DNA of 64,000 nucleotides from an uncultured Candidatus Rokubacteria bacterium (GTDB lineage: Bacteria; Methylomirabilota; Methylomirabilia; Rokubacteriales; DASRDR01): NCBI GenBank assembly GCA_963826115.1, contig CAWGVS010000002.1:32001-96000 (forward strand). The letters run 5' to 3'. How positions within the stretch are numbered: position 1 is the first letter of the stretch; every line of letters begins with the position of its first letter. The notes beneath the pieces are model-generated. The model saw only the letters and a list, made by a program, of their open reading frames with translations, did not search any database and was not told the DNA's origin. The translations under genes and the position numbers were made by a program. Positions 29,019 to 38,996 of the stretch are shown here, in pieces.

Positions 29019-30650
29019 GTGAAGGCGTTCCGCGACGAGCTCATACCCGGGCTTCGGTTCGCACTCGCCCTGCCCAGATTCCTCCGATGCCCGGTAACCT
29101 CGGTGGAGGCGCGAGTGGAACTGGCCCGGCGCTTCAGAGACCGAGAGACGGTTTTCATTGAGACTGTGCGCACGACCATCTACGGGCGGCCCCGCAGCCC
29201 GTACAGGTGGCTCCTCGCCCAGGCCGGCTGCGAACCCGGAGACCTCGAGGGCCTCGTGCGTCAGGATGGCGTGGAGGGCGCTCTCAAGACGCTCTACCGC
29301 CAAGGCGTCTACCTGAGCGTCGAGGAGTTCAAAGGGCGACGCCCCGCAATAAGAGGAAGCGCGAGCCTAAAGGTCGCCCTCGGCGAGCTCCGGAATCCCC
29401 TCTCGAGCGCACAGATCGTCCGCTCGACCGGTGGCAGCGGCGGGTCCGCGGTCCCGGTGGCGGCCGATCTGGCCTTCATCCGCGACCGGGCCATCAACAC
29501 GGTGCTCAATCTCGAGGCCCGAGGGGGCCTCCGGTGGCGCCACGGCATTTGGACCGTCCCGGGCGGCAACAGCCTCGTCCCGCTCCTGCGCCTCGCCGCC
29601 GCTGGCGCGCGGCCGTCGGCGTGGTTCACCCTCGTGAACCAGGCCGCGCCGGGGCTCCACTGGCGATACCGCGCCAGTGGAGCGGTGCTCCGGCTCGCGG
29701 GCCGGCTCGCGGGCCGTCCAATCCCCGCCCCCATCCACGTTCCGCTTCAGCGGCCGCAACCCATTCTTCGTTGGATGGACGCGGTCCGGATCGCGGGGGG
29801 CGTACCGCACCTGTTCACCTTCGTCAGTTCAGCCACCCGGCTCTGCCAGGAGGCGCTGGCGACAGGCCAGGACCTGCGTGGTGTCCAGTTCTCCATCGCG
29901 GGCGAGCCCGTGACCACGGCGCGCCTGGCCACCATCCACCGCTCCGGCGCCGAGGCTCAGGCCAACTACGCGGCGTCCGAGGTTGGCGCGATCGGCGAAG
30001 GGTGCCTCCAGCCCACCACCCCCGACGACGTCCATCTGCTCCACGATCGGGTGACGATCGTTCAGCCTGGCGCCGACGCCGGGGCTGGCCTGCCACCCCG
30101 GGCCCTTCTCGTCTCGGCGCTGCGACCCTACGGGCCCCTCACGCTGCTGAACGTGTCCCTCGGCGACGAAGCCGACCTGGTCGACGGGCAGACGTGCTGT
30201 CCCCTGGCGGCGCTGGGCTGGACGAGCCGGCTTCGTCGAATCCGAAGCTTCGAAAAGGTCTCGGCAGGCGGTATGACGTTCCTGGACGTCGACATCACCC
30301 GCGTGTTGGAGCAGGTGCTGCCCGCCCGCTTCGGGGGCGGCCCCACCCACTACCAGTTGGTCGAAGAAGAGGATGCCAATGGAACCCCGCGGCTGACCCT
30401 GCTGGTCGATCCCGCCGTCGGCGCCGTGACGCCTGGCGAGGTAGTGGCCACGTTCCTGGCGGCGATCGGCCAGGGCGGCGGCGCCGAGCGAGTCATGGCC
30501 CTTGCGTGGCGAGACGCGGGGATCCTCCGGATCGAGCGTCGCCCCCCGCTCGCCACACCCTCCGGAAAGATCCTGCACCTGCACGTCGCTCGCGGAGCGT
30601 CAGGGCCCGCGACTCGGTCGGATCGGCCGCCGAGCCCGCGCATATCCTGA
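29019..30650 (+). CDS. PaaK/GH3-like adenylate-forming enzyme paralog 1
   Basis: P-loop-like RSTGGSGG, AGEPVT, YAASEVG, LNVSLGD, IRSFEK...GMTF, SGKILHLH. Start uncertain. Confidence 0.72.
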   Translation: MKAFRDELIPGLRFALALPRFLRCPVTSVEARVELARRFRDRETVFIETVRTTIYGRPRSPYRWLLAQAGCEPGDLEGLVRQDGVEGALKTLYRQGVYLSVEEFKGRRPAIRGSASLKVALGELRNPLSSAQIVRSTGGSGGSAVPVAADLAFIRDRAINTVLNLEARGGLRWRHGIWTVPGGNSLVPLLRLAAAGARPSAWFTLVNQAAPGLHWRYRASGAVLRLAGRLAGRPIPAPIHVPLQRPQPILRWMDAVRIAGGVPHLFTFVSSATRLCQEALATGQDLRGVQFSIAGEPVTTARLATIHRSGAEAQANYAASEVGAIGEGCLQPTTPDDVHLLHDRVTIVQPGADAGAGLPPRALLVSALRPYGPLTLLNVSLGDEADLVDGQTCCPLAALGWTSRLRRIRSFEKVSAGGMTFLDVDITRVLEQVLPARFGGGPTHYQLVEEEDANGTPRLTLLVDPAVGAVTPGEVVATFLAAIGQGGGAERVMALAWRDAGILRIERRPPLATPSGKILHLHVARGASGPATRSDRPPSPRIS

Positions 30651-30826
30651 ACGTCGTGTTCCTGACTTTTCTCGGAGGCGGAGCGTTCGGAAACGAAGAA
30701 GCCTGGATCCATGCGGCCATACGGCGTGCCTTGAAGATCATGGCGAACTTCGATCTCGACGTGAGGCTCGTCAGCTACGGCAAGCCGACACCAACGATGT
30801 TGCGGATAGTCGAGGACTTTCAGTGA
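30651..30826 (+). pseudogene. C-terminal fragment of a conserved hypothetical protein
   Basis: VFLTFLGGGAFGNEEAWIHAAIRRAL...DLDVRLVSY reads as a genuine protein C-terminus with no start or upstream coding region. Confidence 0.5.
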
Positions 30827-31118
30827 ATGTCCCACTCGCCCCATCCATGACGACTGGGTCTCCGGAGTGCGACCGCGACTTCTGTGCCCCTCGTTGCCCG
30901 GCGAGTGAGTGGGGCGTTCAACAGCCAGCGTCAGAACGTCAACGCGATGGCGATGGTCGTTCAGGTGGCGCCGGGCCGGGTTCTGTCGTACAGGGCATGC
31001 GGGACCTCTCCACATGCATGCTCGACGACGCGCCGTTCGAGCCGTTGTTTCACGCCCAAGCGAAGGTATTGGCGCAGGCGGCCCACCACGGGCCGCCTGC
31101 GCGAATCCCTTCGCGTGC

Positions 31119-32720
31119 TTACTTGCCCACTCCCGCCCGGGCCGCCTCGATCTTCGCCTTCACGGCGTCGAGGTTGAAGCTCGCGCCCTTCTGCATCGGC
31201 GGGAACTCGATGGCGGTCGTGGCAAGCTTCACGACCTCCTCCTGGACGAACACGAAGCGCCAGAACTCGTACTTGAACCAATCGAAGTACTGCTGCGCCC
31301 CCTCTCGAGTGCCGCTGTTCGGCCACCCGGTGCGCTCGAAGGGGTCCAGGCGCAGGTTCGTGATGTACGGGACGTCTGGCCGCGTCTTGTCACCCACCCA
31401 GCCGCCGGGCTGATCGATGAATCGGAACTTGTAGTCGCCGATCCGCACGGCGCCCAGCTCGCTCTCGCCGAAGTACCAGATCTCGTTCCGGTTCGACGGC
31501 CCCTTGCCGGTGATCATGGCCGTCTGGTCGTAGCCGTCCAGATGCACCTTGTAGGTCGTGCCCTCGAGCTGCTTGCCGGCCTTCAGCTCTGCCGCGATGT
31601 TCGGGTTGCCGGCGGCGGCCACCAGGGTCGGGAACCAGTCGAGCCCGGAGATGAGCCCGCTCTCGACCTTGCCCGCCGGCACTTTGCCCGGCCACCGGAT
31701 CATCGCCGGGACGCGGAAGCCCCCCTCCATGACCGTGCCCTTGCTCTGCGCGAACGGCGTCTGCCCGCCATCCGGCCAGGTGAAGACCTCGGTGCCGTTG
31801 TCGGTGGTGAAGATGACGATGGTGTTGTCGTCGACTCCCATGTCCTTCAGCTTCTGCATCACGATGCCGATGTCGTCGTCCATCTGCGCCATGCCGGCTT
31901 CGTGGATCGACCAGCCGTTCTTGGAATTGCGCATCGCCTGGTACTTCGGCGACAGGTGCGTGACGATGTGCATGCGGGTCGGGTTGAGCCACAGGAAGAA
32001 CGGCTTCCCGTCGGCCTTCGCCTTGTCGATGAACTTCAGGGCGAAATCGCGGATCTCGTCGTCCACCGTCTCCATGCGTTTCGGGCACAGCTCGCCCGCG
32101 TCCTCGATCTTCTGCTTGCCGACCTTGCCCCAGCGTGGATCCACGGTGGCATCGTCCGCGGTGGTTGCCCACGAGTGGAGCATGTTGCGCGGCCCAACCT
32201 TGTCCCGGAGATCCTGGGGATAGTTCGGATGGCAGGGGTCTTCCATCGCGTCGAGGTGATAGAGATAGCCGAAGAACTCGTCGAATCCGTGTGCCGTCGG
32301 CAGGAACTCGTTCTTGTCGCCGAGATGGTTCTTGCCGAACTGGCCGGTGGCGTACCCCATGGACTTCAGCACCGTGGCGAGGGTCACGGCCTCCGCCGGG
32401 AGACCGCTCGGCGCACCCGCCTGGCCGACGGTGGTCATGCCGGTGCGGATCGGCAGCTCGCCGGTGATGAAGTTGGCGCGGCCCGCCGTGCAGCTCGCCT
32501 CGGCGTAGTAATCGGTGAACAGCATGCCCTCGGCGGCGATCTTGTCGAGGTTCGGCGTCCGTCCCGCCATCATGCCGCGATGGTAGGCGCCGATGTTCCA
32601 GATGCCGACGTCGTCGCCCATGATGACGACGATGTTGGGCTTCGCTTGCGCGGCCGCCGGGCTGGCGCCCCAGGCGAGCGCGACCAAGATAACTACCCAG
32701 ATTCCGATGGCTTTCCGCAT
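31119..32720 (-). CDS. arylsulfatase (signal peptide, Cys-type formylglycine motif)
   Basis: KPNIVVIMGDD, SCTAGRA (CxAxR), GKNHLG, TTDNG; RBS GGAGG. Confidence 0.93.
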   Translation of the reverse strand: MRKAIGIWVVILVALAWGASPAAAQAKPNIVVIMGDDVGIWNIGAYHRGMMAGRTPNLDKIAAEGMLFTDYYAEASCTAGRANFITGELPIRTGMTTVGQAGAPSGLPAEAVTLATVLKSMGYATGQFGKNHLGDKNEFLPTAHGFDEFFGYLYHLDAMEDPCHPNYPQDLRDKVGPRNMLHSWATTADDATVDPRWGKVGKQKIEDAGELCPKRMETVDDEIRDFALKFIDKAKADGKPFFLWLNPTRMHIVTHLSPKYQAMRNSKNGWSIHEAGMAQMDDDIGIVMQKLKDMGVDDNTIVIFTTDNGTEVFTWPDGGQTPFAQSKGTVMEGGFRVPAMIRWPGKVPAGKVESGLISGLDWFPTLVAAAGNPNIAAELKAGKQLEGTTYKVHLDGYDQTAMITGKGPSNRNEIWYFGESELGAVRIGDYKFRFIDQPGGWVGDKTRPDVPYITNLRLDPFERTGWPNSGTREGAQQYFDWFKYEFWRFVFVQEEVVKLATTAIEFPPMQKGASFNLDAVKAKIEAARAGVGK

Positions 32721-32822
32721 GATGTCCTCCACGCTACGGGTGGTGATTCCGACGTGACGCGTCCTGCCGAAACGGGGCACCTCCAGACGGGAACTCGCAA
32801 CCGGTGGGAGACGTGACGCAGC

Positions 32823-33482
32823 TCAGCTCGGAAGCGTATTGATCGCTCGCGAGAGGACGATGACCGTGGTCAGGAGCGAGATCATGCTCTCGACCATCAT
32901 CAGCATCTTGGCCCGGTGCGTCAGCGGCGAGACGTCGGTGGGACTGAACGCCGTCGCCGTGTTGTAGGCGAGGAACAGGTAGTCGAGGAACAGCGGCCGC
33001 CAGCCGGCGGGGACGCCCTCCGGATCTCCCGGCTGAGGGAACAGCCAATCGGGCCTCGGGCTCGTGGCGCTGACGCGGGCAGCCGGGCCGCCCCGATCCA
33101 TCTGCCAGTACAGCAGCGAGAAGACCACGACGTTGGTGACCCAGATCGCCACGGAGGAGGACAGCAGCGAGAATGCGTTCCGGCCCGACGGGTGGAACGT
33201 CGTCACCCCGAGCATGTCGGCGAGCTCCGCGAGCGTGTTGACCCCGTAGACCGACGCCAAGAAAAGTATGATGGCGCGCTCGATGCGGAGCCACCGGGCG
33301 TGCCCGTTCGTGATCGCGACGGCCGCCATCGAGGTCAGCGCCACGAACGCGGCCAGGTGGCCCACCCAGACCGGGATGACGAAGACGTGCCCGCGCAGCG
33401 CCGCCAGCAGCAGGATGACGGCGACGATCGCGAGCGCGGGCGGCCAGCGCGACTCGTGGAGGGTGCCGGTCGAAATGCTCAT
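32823..33482 (-). CDS. DUF1345-like membrane protein
   Basis: IWVTNVVVFSLLYW.MDRGGP, FLDYLFLAY...TAFSPTD..PL..RAK.LM. Confidence 0.8.
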   Translation of the reverse strand: MSISTGTLHESRWPPALAIVAVILLLAALRGHVFVIPVWVGHLAAFVALTSMAAVAITNGHARWLRIERAIILFLASVYGVNTLAELADMLGVTTFHPSGRNAFSLLSSSVAIWVTNVVVFSLLYWQMDRGGPAARVSATSPRPDWLFPQPGDPEGVPAGWRPLFLDYLFLAYNTATAFSPTDVSPLTHRAKMLMMVESMISLLTTVIVLSRAINTLPS

Positions 33483-33594
33483 GAGACACTCGGCGGGCCG
33501 GCGCGAGGCTCTTGCGGATCAAATCCAGGGAAATCTCGGTGTCCGAGCGCGACTCCGCCGAGCAGCGGCAGTAGGCGTTTCATCTCCGACCTGG

Positions 33595-34421
33595 CTACCG
33601 CGGGAAGAGCAGCTGGATCTGGATCCGGAGCTGCCACTCCGCCGCGTCGTCCGGCCGCACCACGTTGTAGTAGGCGCTGGCCTGCGCGTTCACGGGCGCT
33701 TGCCGATCCGCACGATCTTGCCCACGCCGACCCCGATGGGCACCGTCCACCGGTCGTCGCTGTCCGCCTCCCAGTTGGCCGTGATGATGGGTGCCGACGT
33801 CACGTACCACGCGTCGGGCAGGTTGTAGTTGACGAACGGCTGGATCAGCATCTGGTTCACGTCCCGCCGATCGCTGTCCCCCGCGAACGACCAGACGTTG
33901 TTGATGAGGGCGCCAAGCACCCACGGCCCGTGCACCGTCAGCGCGACGGCCGTCGGACCGGCCCCCCACTTCCCCTGGCCCAGCGAGTCGTCCGTCGCGC
34001 TGGGGAACTGGAAGATCGGTCCCACGCCCCAGATCAGCTTCCCGGGCTTCGCCGGCGAGAAGAACAGCGACTGCTGGATGTCGCCGAGGCCGAACACCTC
34101 GCCGACGCCCGGCGCCAGCTCCGGCTGGTAGATCAGGGGCACGATCGTCCGCGAGATGAGGTTCCAGTCCTCGGTCAGCCGGAACGGGATGACCGGCTGG
34201 ACGTTCAGGATGTACTGCACGTCGTCGTTCGGGCCCACGCCGAAGTTGACGTTGTTCTGGAACGGCACGGAGATCAGGTCCGCCACCGGGTTCTGCGTCT
34301 TCTTGGCGAGATCCGTGTCGTCCTGAGCCCAGCCAGGCCGCGGCCCGCAGGTCAGCGCCAGCACGAGCAGGAACACCGCCCCGATGCCGCGGCTCGTCCA
34401 TCGTCGCCCAGTGCGCCTCAT
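33595..34421 (-). CDS. outer-membrane beta-barrel protein (sulfatase-associated type), frameshift near 33695
   Basis: Signal peptide, DLAKKTQNPVADLISVPFQNN, QPVIPF, QPFVNYN; C-terminus WQLRIQIQLLFPR in the shifted frame. Confidence 0.78.
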
Positions 34422-34728
34422 GTGCTCTCCTATCATCCGTTTCGCCCTGGCCTCCCCGAGTCGCCGTCGCGAGTCGCGCGGCGCCCCACCGGTCGGCACC
34501 GGCTCCATCGCCTCACTTCTGGAACGGGTAGAGCGCGACCACCGCCAGGAGCTCGTTCAACGGGGCTCGCGCCAGGTCGTCGTCCAGCAAGGCCAGGACT
34601 CCACAGTCACCACGGAGGCGGGGCGCGACGCCCCAACCATAGCCACATGGCCCCCGACGGGATATAGGACTTTGGTCTTACTCGGAGCGAAGACGCCCGA
34701 GCACTTCATACGCCGGACGCCCGGCCGC

Positions 34729-35091
34729 TCAATGCCCGCCCGTGACCGTGTAGCCCTCGCGGCGCAAGTCGTCCGCCAGGTCGCGCTCCATCTGCGCGGC
34801 CGCCTCGTACGGCATGGGGTTGAGGTGAGCGTACAGCTGCGGCAGGAGACGCACGCTGTAGCGTCTGACCAGCGAGACGCTCCGGATGCCGAGTTTGTGA
34901 TTCTGGAAGCGCCTCTCGGGGTCGAGCCCCGTGAGCCCGACATACACGCTTGGCTCTGCGGGATCGCGGCCGGGATTGGCCCGGCGCACCTTTCGGAGCC
35001 CGTTGACGGCGTCGTCGAGCAAGACGACGTACACGCTGTGGTGCCCCGACGTCGATGCGATCGTAGATCGGCTCGGCTTGCGTCGCTTCAT
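34729..35091 (-). CDS. small GIY-YIG-like nuclease
   Basis: SVYVVLL...VYVGLTG..PERRFQNHK.G...ME..LA..LR..GY.V. Confidence 0.7.
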   Translation of the reverse strand: MKRRKPSRSTIASTSGHHSVYVVLLDDAVNGLRKVRRANPGRDPAEPSVYVGLTGLDPERRFQNHKLGIRSVSLVRRYSVRLLPQLYAHLNPMPYEAAAQMERDLADDLRREGYTVTGGH

Positions 35092-35166
35092 CGACCCTCG
35101 TCGGGCCCGCGACACGAGCTCGAGCACGACGCCTCGCTCGCGGAGCACGCGCTAGTATACGTAGGC

Positions 35167-37980
35167 ATGCGGAGGCCAGGCCGCCAGACGGCCGCGGGGT
35201 CGGATCGACCGCACGGTGACGAGACGGGTGTGGCCGGCGATGCCGCGCGCCCGGCCACCGTGGAGCGACGCCTCACCCTCGCGGTCTCGCCGTCGGGCCG
35301 GCTGCGGCTCCTGGAGGATCCGGACAGCCCGGCCCTGGAGGCCCTGCCCGCCGCGGCCATCGCGGCCGCCTTCGCCGCTGGCCCGGCCGCCGGGCTCTTC
35401 CATCTCGGGGCGGCCGAGGTCTCCACCCCGCTCGCGCCGGCGCTCGGGTTCTTCCGGGACTTCGCGCGCCTCTTCGTCACGCGGCTCTGCGCGATCGGCG
35501 ATCTCGAGGACCAGCGCGCCCGGGTCGCCGTGCCGGCCCCGGTCGACATCCTCGAGCGGCTGGCCCGGGAAGTGCCCCCGATCGCGGGCGCGGAGTACGT
35601 CGACCCCGCGCGCCTCGAGACGTGGTGGGCGGAGCTCGAGGCGCACTTTCGCGAGGAGATCGGCCGGCACCGGGGCACCGTCCAGTCGTACCTCCTCGCC
35701 CGGAACGCGGTGTGGAATCTCGTCGGCCGCGTCTACTTCCACCTGGCGGAGAACAAGGCCGACCCGGACCATCCCTTCGGCTTCCTGGCCACCTACACCA
35801 CCCGCCTGTCGGGCCAGGCCCGCCCGCAGCACCAGCCCCTTCGCCAGGCGCTCCGCACGTTCTCGGGCAACCGGTCCGCGCTGCTGTCGCTGCTCGCCCC
35901 GGTCGATCGGGCGGCCGCCGTCAGCCCCCTGCTGAAGGACCTCGTGGACACGGGCGACGTCTTCGAGGCGCTCGCGTGGACACCGCACGAGGCGCATCGC
36001 TTCCTCCACGACGTGCCCGCGTTCGAGGCGGCCGGGATCATGATCCGCGTGCCCGACTGGTGGCGGCGCGAGCGCCCCCGGCGGCTCGAGGTGAGCGTCA
36101 CCGTCGGCGGCAAGCCGCCGACGACGCTGGGTCTCGACGCGCTGCTGGACTTCTCGGTCGCCCTGGCCGTCGACGGCGAGCCCATCTCCGACGCGGAGTG
36201 GCGCGCGATCCTGGCGGGGACGGACGGCCTCGCCCTCGTGCGCGGGCGGTGGGTGGAGCTCGACCGCGAGAAGCTCCGCGAGGTGCTCGGCCACTGGGAG
36301 AGCGCGCGCCGCGCGGCGCGGGCGGGCCTGTCGTTCCGCGAGGCGATGCGCCTCCTGGCGGGAGCGGCCGTCGCCGACGGCGAGGCGGCCGAGGTGCCCG
36401 CGCCGGCCGGGGACTGGTCCCGCGTGGCCGCGGGCACGTGGCTCGCGACCACCCTGGCCGGGCTCCGCGATCCCCGGGCCCTGGCCGCCGCGACGCCCCG
36501 GGCCCTCCGCGCGACGCTCCGGCCCTACCAGGACGTCGGCGTCCGCTGGCTCCGGTTCCTCTCGCGCCTCGGCCTCGGGGCCTGCCTGGCCGACGACATG
36601 GGGCTCGGCAAGACGATCCAGGTGCTTGGCCTTCTCCTCCTGCTCAAGGGCGACCGGCCGCGCGCCGGGGATCGAGACGCCGCGGCGCGCCGGCCTCCCA
36701 GCCTCCTGGTGGTGCCCGCGTCCCTCATCGCCAACTGGCTCGCCGAGATCGAGCGCTTCGCCCCCGATCTCGCCGTGATCGTGGCCCATCCGTCGGCGCG
36801 GCCGAGCCGCCAGCTCGCGGCGCTCCCCGCCGGTGAGCTGGCCGGCGCCGATCTGGTCATCACCACGTACGGGCAGGTGGCACGGCTCCCGTGGCTCGGC
36901 GAGACCGCGTGGACGCTGATCGTCCTCGACGAGGCCCAGGCGATCAAGAACCCCGGGACCCGGCAGGCGCGCGCGGTCAAGCAGCTCCGCGGCAGCGCCC
37001 GGGTCGCCCTGACGGGCACGCCGATCGAGAACCGGCTCGGCGACCTCTGGTCGCTCTTCGACTTCCTGAACCCCGGGCTCCTCGGGAGCGCGCGCGCCTT
37101 CACGCGCGCCACCCGGGACATGGCCGCGGGCAGCGATCGCCACTACGGCCCCCTCCGGTCGCTCGTGCAGCCGTACATCCTGCGGCGCCTCAAGACGGAT
37201 CGCCAGGTGATCGCCGACCTGCCGGACAAGACCGAGGTCCGCGCGTTCTGCGCCCTGACGCGGAAGCAGGCCGCGCTCTACCAGCAGGCGGTGCAGGAGC
37301 TCGAGCGCCGCCTGGGCGCGACGGAGGGCATCGAGCGGCGCGGCACGATCCTCGCCACCCTCGTCCGCCTGAAGCAGATCTGCAACCATCCGTCCCAGTG
37401 GCTCGGCGACGGCGCCTTCGCGCCGGAGCACAGCGGGAAGTTCGCGCGGCTGGCCGAGCTCGTCGAGGAGCTCGCCTCGCGGCAGGAGAAGGCGCTCGTC
37501 TTCACCCAGTTCCGCGAGATGGCCGGGCCCCTGTCCGACTACCTCGCCCGGCTCTTCGGCCGGCCGGGCCTCGTGCTCCACGGCCAGACGCCCGTGAAGG
37601 AGCGCATGAAGCTCGTCGAGCGCTTCCAGACCGACGAGGCGATCCCGTTCTTCGTGCTCTCCCTCCGGGCGGGCGGGACGGGGCTCAACCTGACGGCCGC
37701 GTCCCAGGTGATCCACTTCGACCGCTGGTGGAACCCCGCGGTCGAGAACCAGGCCACCGACCGGGCCTTCCGGATCGGCCAGCGCCGCAACGTCCTCGTC
37801 CACAAGTTCGTCTGCCGCGGCACCGTGGAGGAACGGATCGACGCGCTCATCGAGCAGAAGAAGGGGCTGGCGGCGGACCTCCTCGCACCGGCCGGGGACA
37901 GCCTCATCACCGAGATGCCCGACCAGGACGTGCTCCGGATCGTCGCCCTCGACCTCCAGAGCGCGCTCGCCGAGGACTGA
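35167..37980 (+). CDS. SNF2-family helicase (SWIM-associated type)
   Basis: LRPYQ..GV.WL, LADDMGLGKT, DEAQAIKN, LTGTPIEN, GLNLT, DRWWNPAVENQATDRAFRIGQ. Start uncertain. Confidence 0.92.
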   Translation: MRRPGRQTAAGSDRPHGDETGVAGDAARPATVERRLTLAVSPSGRLRLLEDPDSPALEALPAAAIAAAFAAGPAAGLFHLGAAEVSTPLAPALGFFRDFARLFVTRLCAIGDLEDQRARVAVPAPVDILERLAREVPPIAGAEYVDPARLETWWAELEAHFREEIGRHRGTVQSYLLARNAVWNLVGRVYFHLAENKADPDHPFGFLATYTTRLSGQARPQHQPLRQALRTFSGNRSALLSLLAPVDRAAAVSPLLKDLVDTGDVFEALAWTPHEAHRFLHDVPAFEAAGIMIRVPDWWRRERPRRLEVSVTVGGKPPTTLGLDALLDFSVALAVDGEPISDAEWRAILAGTDGLALVRGRWVELDREKLREVLGHWESARRAARAGLSFREAMRLLAGAAVADGEAAEVPAPAGDWSRVAAGTWLATTLAGLRDPRALAAATPRALRATLRPYQDVGVRWLRFLSRLGLGACLADDMGLGKTIQVLGLLLLLKGDRPRAGDRDAAARRPPSLLVVPASLIANWLAEIERFAPDLAVIVAHPSARPSRQLAALPAGELAGADLVITTYGQVARLPWLGETAWTLIVLDEAQAIKNPGTRQARAVKQLRGSARVALTGTPIENRLGDLWSLFDFLNPGLLGSARAFTRATRDMAAGSDRHYGPLRSLVQPYILRRLKTDRQVIADLPDKTEVRAFCALTRKQAALYQQAVQELERRLGATEGIERRGTILATLVRLKQICNHPSQWLGDGAFAPEHSGKFARLAELVEELASRQEKALVFTQFREMAGPLSDYLARLFGRPGLVLHGQTPVKERMKLVERFQTDEAIPFFVLSLRAGGTGLNLTAASQVIHFDRWWNPAVENQATDRAFRIGQRRNVLVHKFVCRGTVEERIDALIEQKKGLAADLLAPAGDSLITEMPDQDVLRIVALDLQSALAED

Positions 37981-37991
37981 GGGCGCCGGCC

Positions 37992-38825
37992 GTGGCCTGG
38001 TACGAGTGGGCGCCCTACGTCCCGGTCGCGGCGCGGCGCCAGCAGGCGGCGTTCGAGGTCGCCCGGCTCCGCGCGAAGGGCCGGTCGATCGCGCCCGTGG
38101 TGATCGACGGTCGCGCGATCGCCCGGAGCTTCTGGGGGAAGGCCTGGTGCGACAACCTCGAGCGCTACAGCGACCACGCGAACCGGCTGCCCCGCGGCCG
38201 GACCTACGTTCGCAACGGCTCGGTGATGGACCTCCAGCCCGGCGCGGGGGCCGTCACCGCCCTCGTGAGCGGCAGCGAGCTCTACCGCGTCTCGGTCACG
38301 ATCGCGCCCCTGCCCCCGCGCCGATGGAAGGCCGTGGTCAAGGCGTGCGCGGGCCGGATCGGCTCCCTGGTGGAGCTCCTCCAGGGAAAGTTCTCGCGCG
38401 CGGTCATGGAGACGCTGATCCATCCGCGCGCCGGGCTGTTCCCGTCAGTCCGCGAGATCACCTTCGAGTGCTCCTGCCCGGACCGGGCGCGGCTCTGCAA
38501 GCACGTCGCGGCCACCCTGTACGGGGTCGGCGCGCGCCTCGACACCGAGCCCGAGCTGTTCTTCCGGCTGCGGCGGGTCGACCAGCTGGATCTCCTGTCG
38601 GCCGCGAGCCGCGCGAGCCTGCCGTCCGGCGGCCGGACGCCGCGCAAGCGGATCGCCGCCGCGGCGCTGGCCGAGGTGTTCGGGATCGAGCTGGACGTGG
38701 CCGCGCCGGACTCCAGCGCGCCTCGGCCGGCCGCGCCCGGACGAGGGCGGCCCCGGAGCCCGGCCGGCGGGACGACGCGACCGCGCGGCCCCACGCGCGC
38801 CCGGCGGGCGGCACGAGGCGATTGA
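37992..38825 (+). CDS. SWIM zinc-finger protein
   Basis: NRLPRGRTYVRNGSV, CSCPD....CKHVAA.LYGVGARLD..PEL.F.LR.V. Confidence 0.88.
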   Translation: MAWYEWAPYVPVAARRQQAAFEVARLRAKGRSIAPVVIDGRAIARSFWGKAWCDNLERYSDHANRLPRGRTYVRNGSVMDLQPGAGAVTALVSGSELYRVSVTIAPLPPRRWKAVVKACAGRIGSLVELLQGKFSRAVMETLIHPRAGLFPSVREITFECSCPDRARLCKHVAATLYGVGARLDTEPELFFRLRRVDQLDLLSAASRASLPSGGRTPRKRIAAAALAEVFGIELDVAAPDSSAPRPAAPGRGRPRSPAGGTTRPRGPTRARRAARGD

Positions 38826-38996
38826 CCGGCTTCCGCGCAACGCGCCCGATCAGCCCACGGATGGCCGCCGCGGTAGGCGGAGGTCATGGGGAACGAGATC
38901 ACGGCGGCGCCGCTGCCCGCGGGTCGACGACGCGGGCCGGGCCGGGCCCCGCATTTCCCTCGATTCCACGCGCCGGAACGCACTAGAATTCGGGCT

